DNA of 64,000 bases from Terriglobia bacterium (GTDB lineage Bacteria > Acidobacteriota > Terriglobia > JAJPHL01 > JAPKYU01). Of the stretch, positions 62,923-64,000 are shown in pieces. Under the pieces are notes generated by a model. It saw only the letters and a program-made list of their open reading frames with translations. It was not told where the DNA came from and did no database searches. The stretch lies in the NCBI GenBank assembly GCA_965206645.1, contig CBDBKE010000003.1, positions 448,001 through 512,000 of the forward strand. Direction: 5' to 3'. Both the position numbers and the translations under genes were made by a program. Within the stretch, counting starts at the first letter, position 1. Every line of letters starts with the position of its first letter.

Positions 62923-63040
62923 GGCTGTGGCGTATTTCCCATTTGCGCGACGAGCATATCCGAGGGAGGAGTGTTCCCTTCCCTTGCCCGGTTCCGGTCG
63001 TGGTGGCGCCCCAGCTTCGGCGGCGGAGGAGATTTGAACT

Positions 63041-64000
63041 ATGCAGACTAGCTTGCACGGCCCGCACGAGCGGATTGATTTTTCCAAGATCGGCACCACG
63101 GTTCCCATCCCGAACCTGATCGAGGTCCAGAAGAAGTCCTACGACCGCTTCCTGCAGATGGACCGACTCCCCAGCGAGCGGGAGGACCTCGGGTTGCAGT
63201 CGGTGTTCAATTCCGTCTTTCCCATCACCGATTTCCGCGGCATCTCGTCGCTGGAGTTCGTGGACTACTCGATCGGCAACTGGGAGTGCAAGTGCGGCAA
63301 CCTCAAGGGCCTGCACCACCTGCGCTCCACCTGCCAGAACTGCGCAGCCACCATCATCACCAATCCGTTTGCCATCGGGCAAGAAGTCCTGTGCTCTCGC
63401 TGTGGCACCTTCAACACCAACGTGGTCGCCTTCTGCAACAAGTGCGGGGATCCGGTCGGGTTGCAGTTGAAATACGACGTGGCCGAATGCCAGGAACGGG
63501 GCATGACTTACTCGGCACCGCTCAAGGTCACCATCCGGCTCACCATTTATGAGAAGGCCCCTGAAACCGGCGCGAAGAGCATCCGCGACATCAAAGAGCA
63601 GGAAGTGTTTTTCGGCGAGGTCCCGCTGATGACCGAAAACGGGACCTTCATCATCAACGGAACCGAGCGCGTCATCGTCAACCAGCTGCACCGCTCTCCC
63701 GGAGTCTTTTTTGATGTTGCCAACCAACGCACCTACTTTCTGGGCAAGATTATTCCTTACCGGGGCTCATGGGTGGAATTTGAATACGACGCCAAGAACC
63801 TGCTCTACGTACGCATTGACCGCAAGCGTAAGTTCCTGGGAACGATCTTCCTGCGCGCCCTGGGCCTGAAGAACGACGAGGAGATCCTGCGCTGCTTCTA
63901 CCAGGTGGAGCGGATCCGGCTTGAGGACAAGAAGCTATACTGGCAGGTTTCGGAAGGTCTGTTGGGTATGAAGCTTTCTCATCAGGTCCTGCAGCCCCGC
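63041..64000 (+). CDS. rpoB: RNA polymerase beta subunit, runs off the window
   Basis: Hand translation from ATG 63041 (GGAGGAG RBS): [77 protein letters not shown]. Confidence 0.98.
   Translation, partial: MQTSLHGPHERIDFSKIGTTVPIPNLIEVQKKSYDRFLQMDRLPSEREDLGLQSVFNSVFPITDFRGISSLEFVDYSIGNWECKCGNLKGLHHLRSTCQNCAATIITNPFAIGQEVLCSRCGTFNTNVVAFCNKCGDPVGLQLKYDVAECQERGMTYSAPLKVTIRLTIYEKAPETGAKSIRDIKEQEVFFGEVPLMTENGTFIINGTERVIVNQLHRSPGVFFDVANQRTYFLGKIIPYRGSWVEFEYDAKNLLYVRIDRKRKFLGTIFLRALGLKNDEEILRCFYQVERIRLEDKKLYWQVSEGLLGMKLSHQVLQPR

Overview
High-GC bacterial chromosome window spanning the replication origin, most likely from an Acidobacteriota genome: RpoB carries a Cys-rich N-terminal insertion, DnaA ends in 'HHTTVLHS', and there is a kinase-TPR protein. 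Core content: mnmE-jag-yidC-yidD-rnpA-rpmH / dnaA-oriC-dnaN, purDE, mnmG-rsmG-parS-parAB, dnaK-dnaJ-hspR-like, thiL, and a tRNA-tuf-rpmG-secE-nusG-rplKAJL-rpoB cluster. Accessory genes: a DUF3179 protein with an in-frame TGA and a SECIS-like hairpin (probable selenoprotein), an ABC exporter, AsmA, an HDAC, a large frameshifted TPR protein, a GH16-FN3 gene split by an IS1380, a PagL-like barrel, an MFS, an ACE-like M2 peptidase, and a PilZ gene facing a degenerate REC-GGDEF gene. The strongest unexplained signal is about 18 unrelated short tandem duplications (mostly 9-15 bp) concentrated at gene ends, gene starts and linkers. Units inside intact genes are multiples of 3; those outside are 10, 11 or 14 bp. 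Two duplications appear to break or re-start genes. Also seen: ATA and CTG start candidates, several probable leaderless genes, and homopolymer frameshifts that may be assembly errors. All calls come from reading the sequence; no database searches were run.
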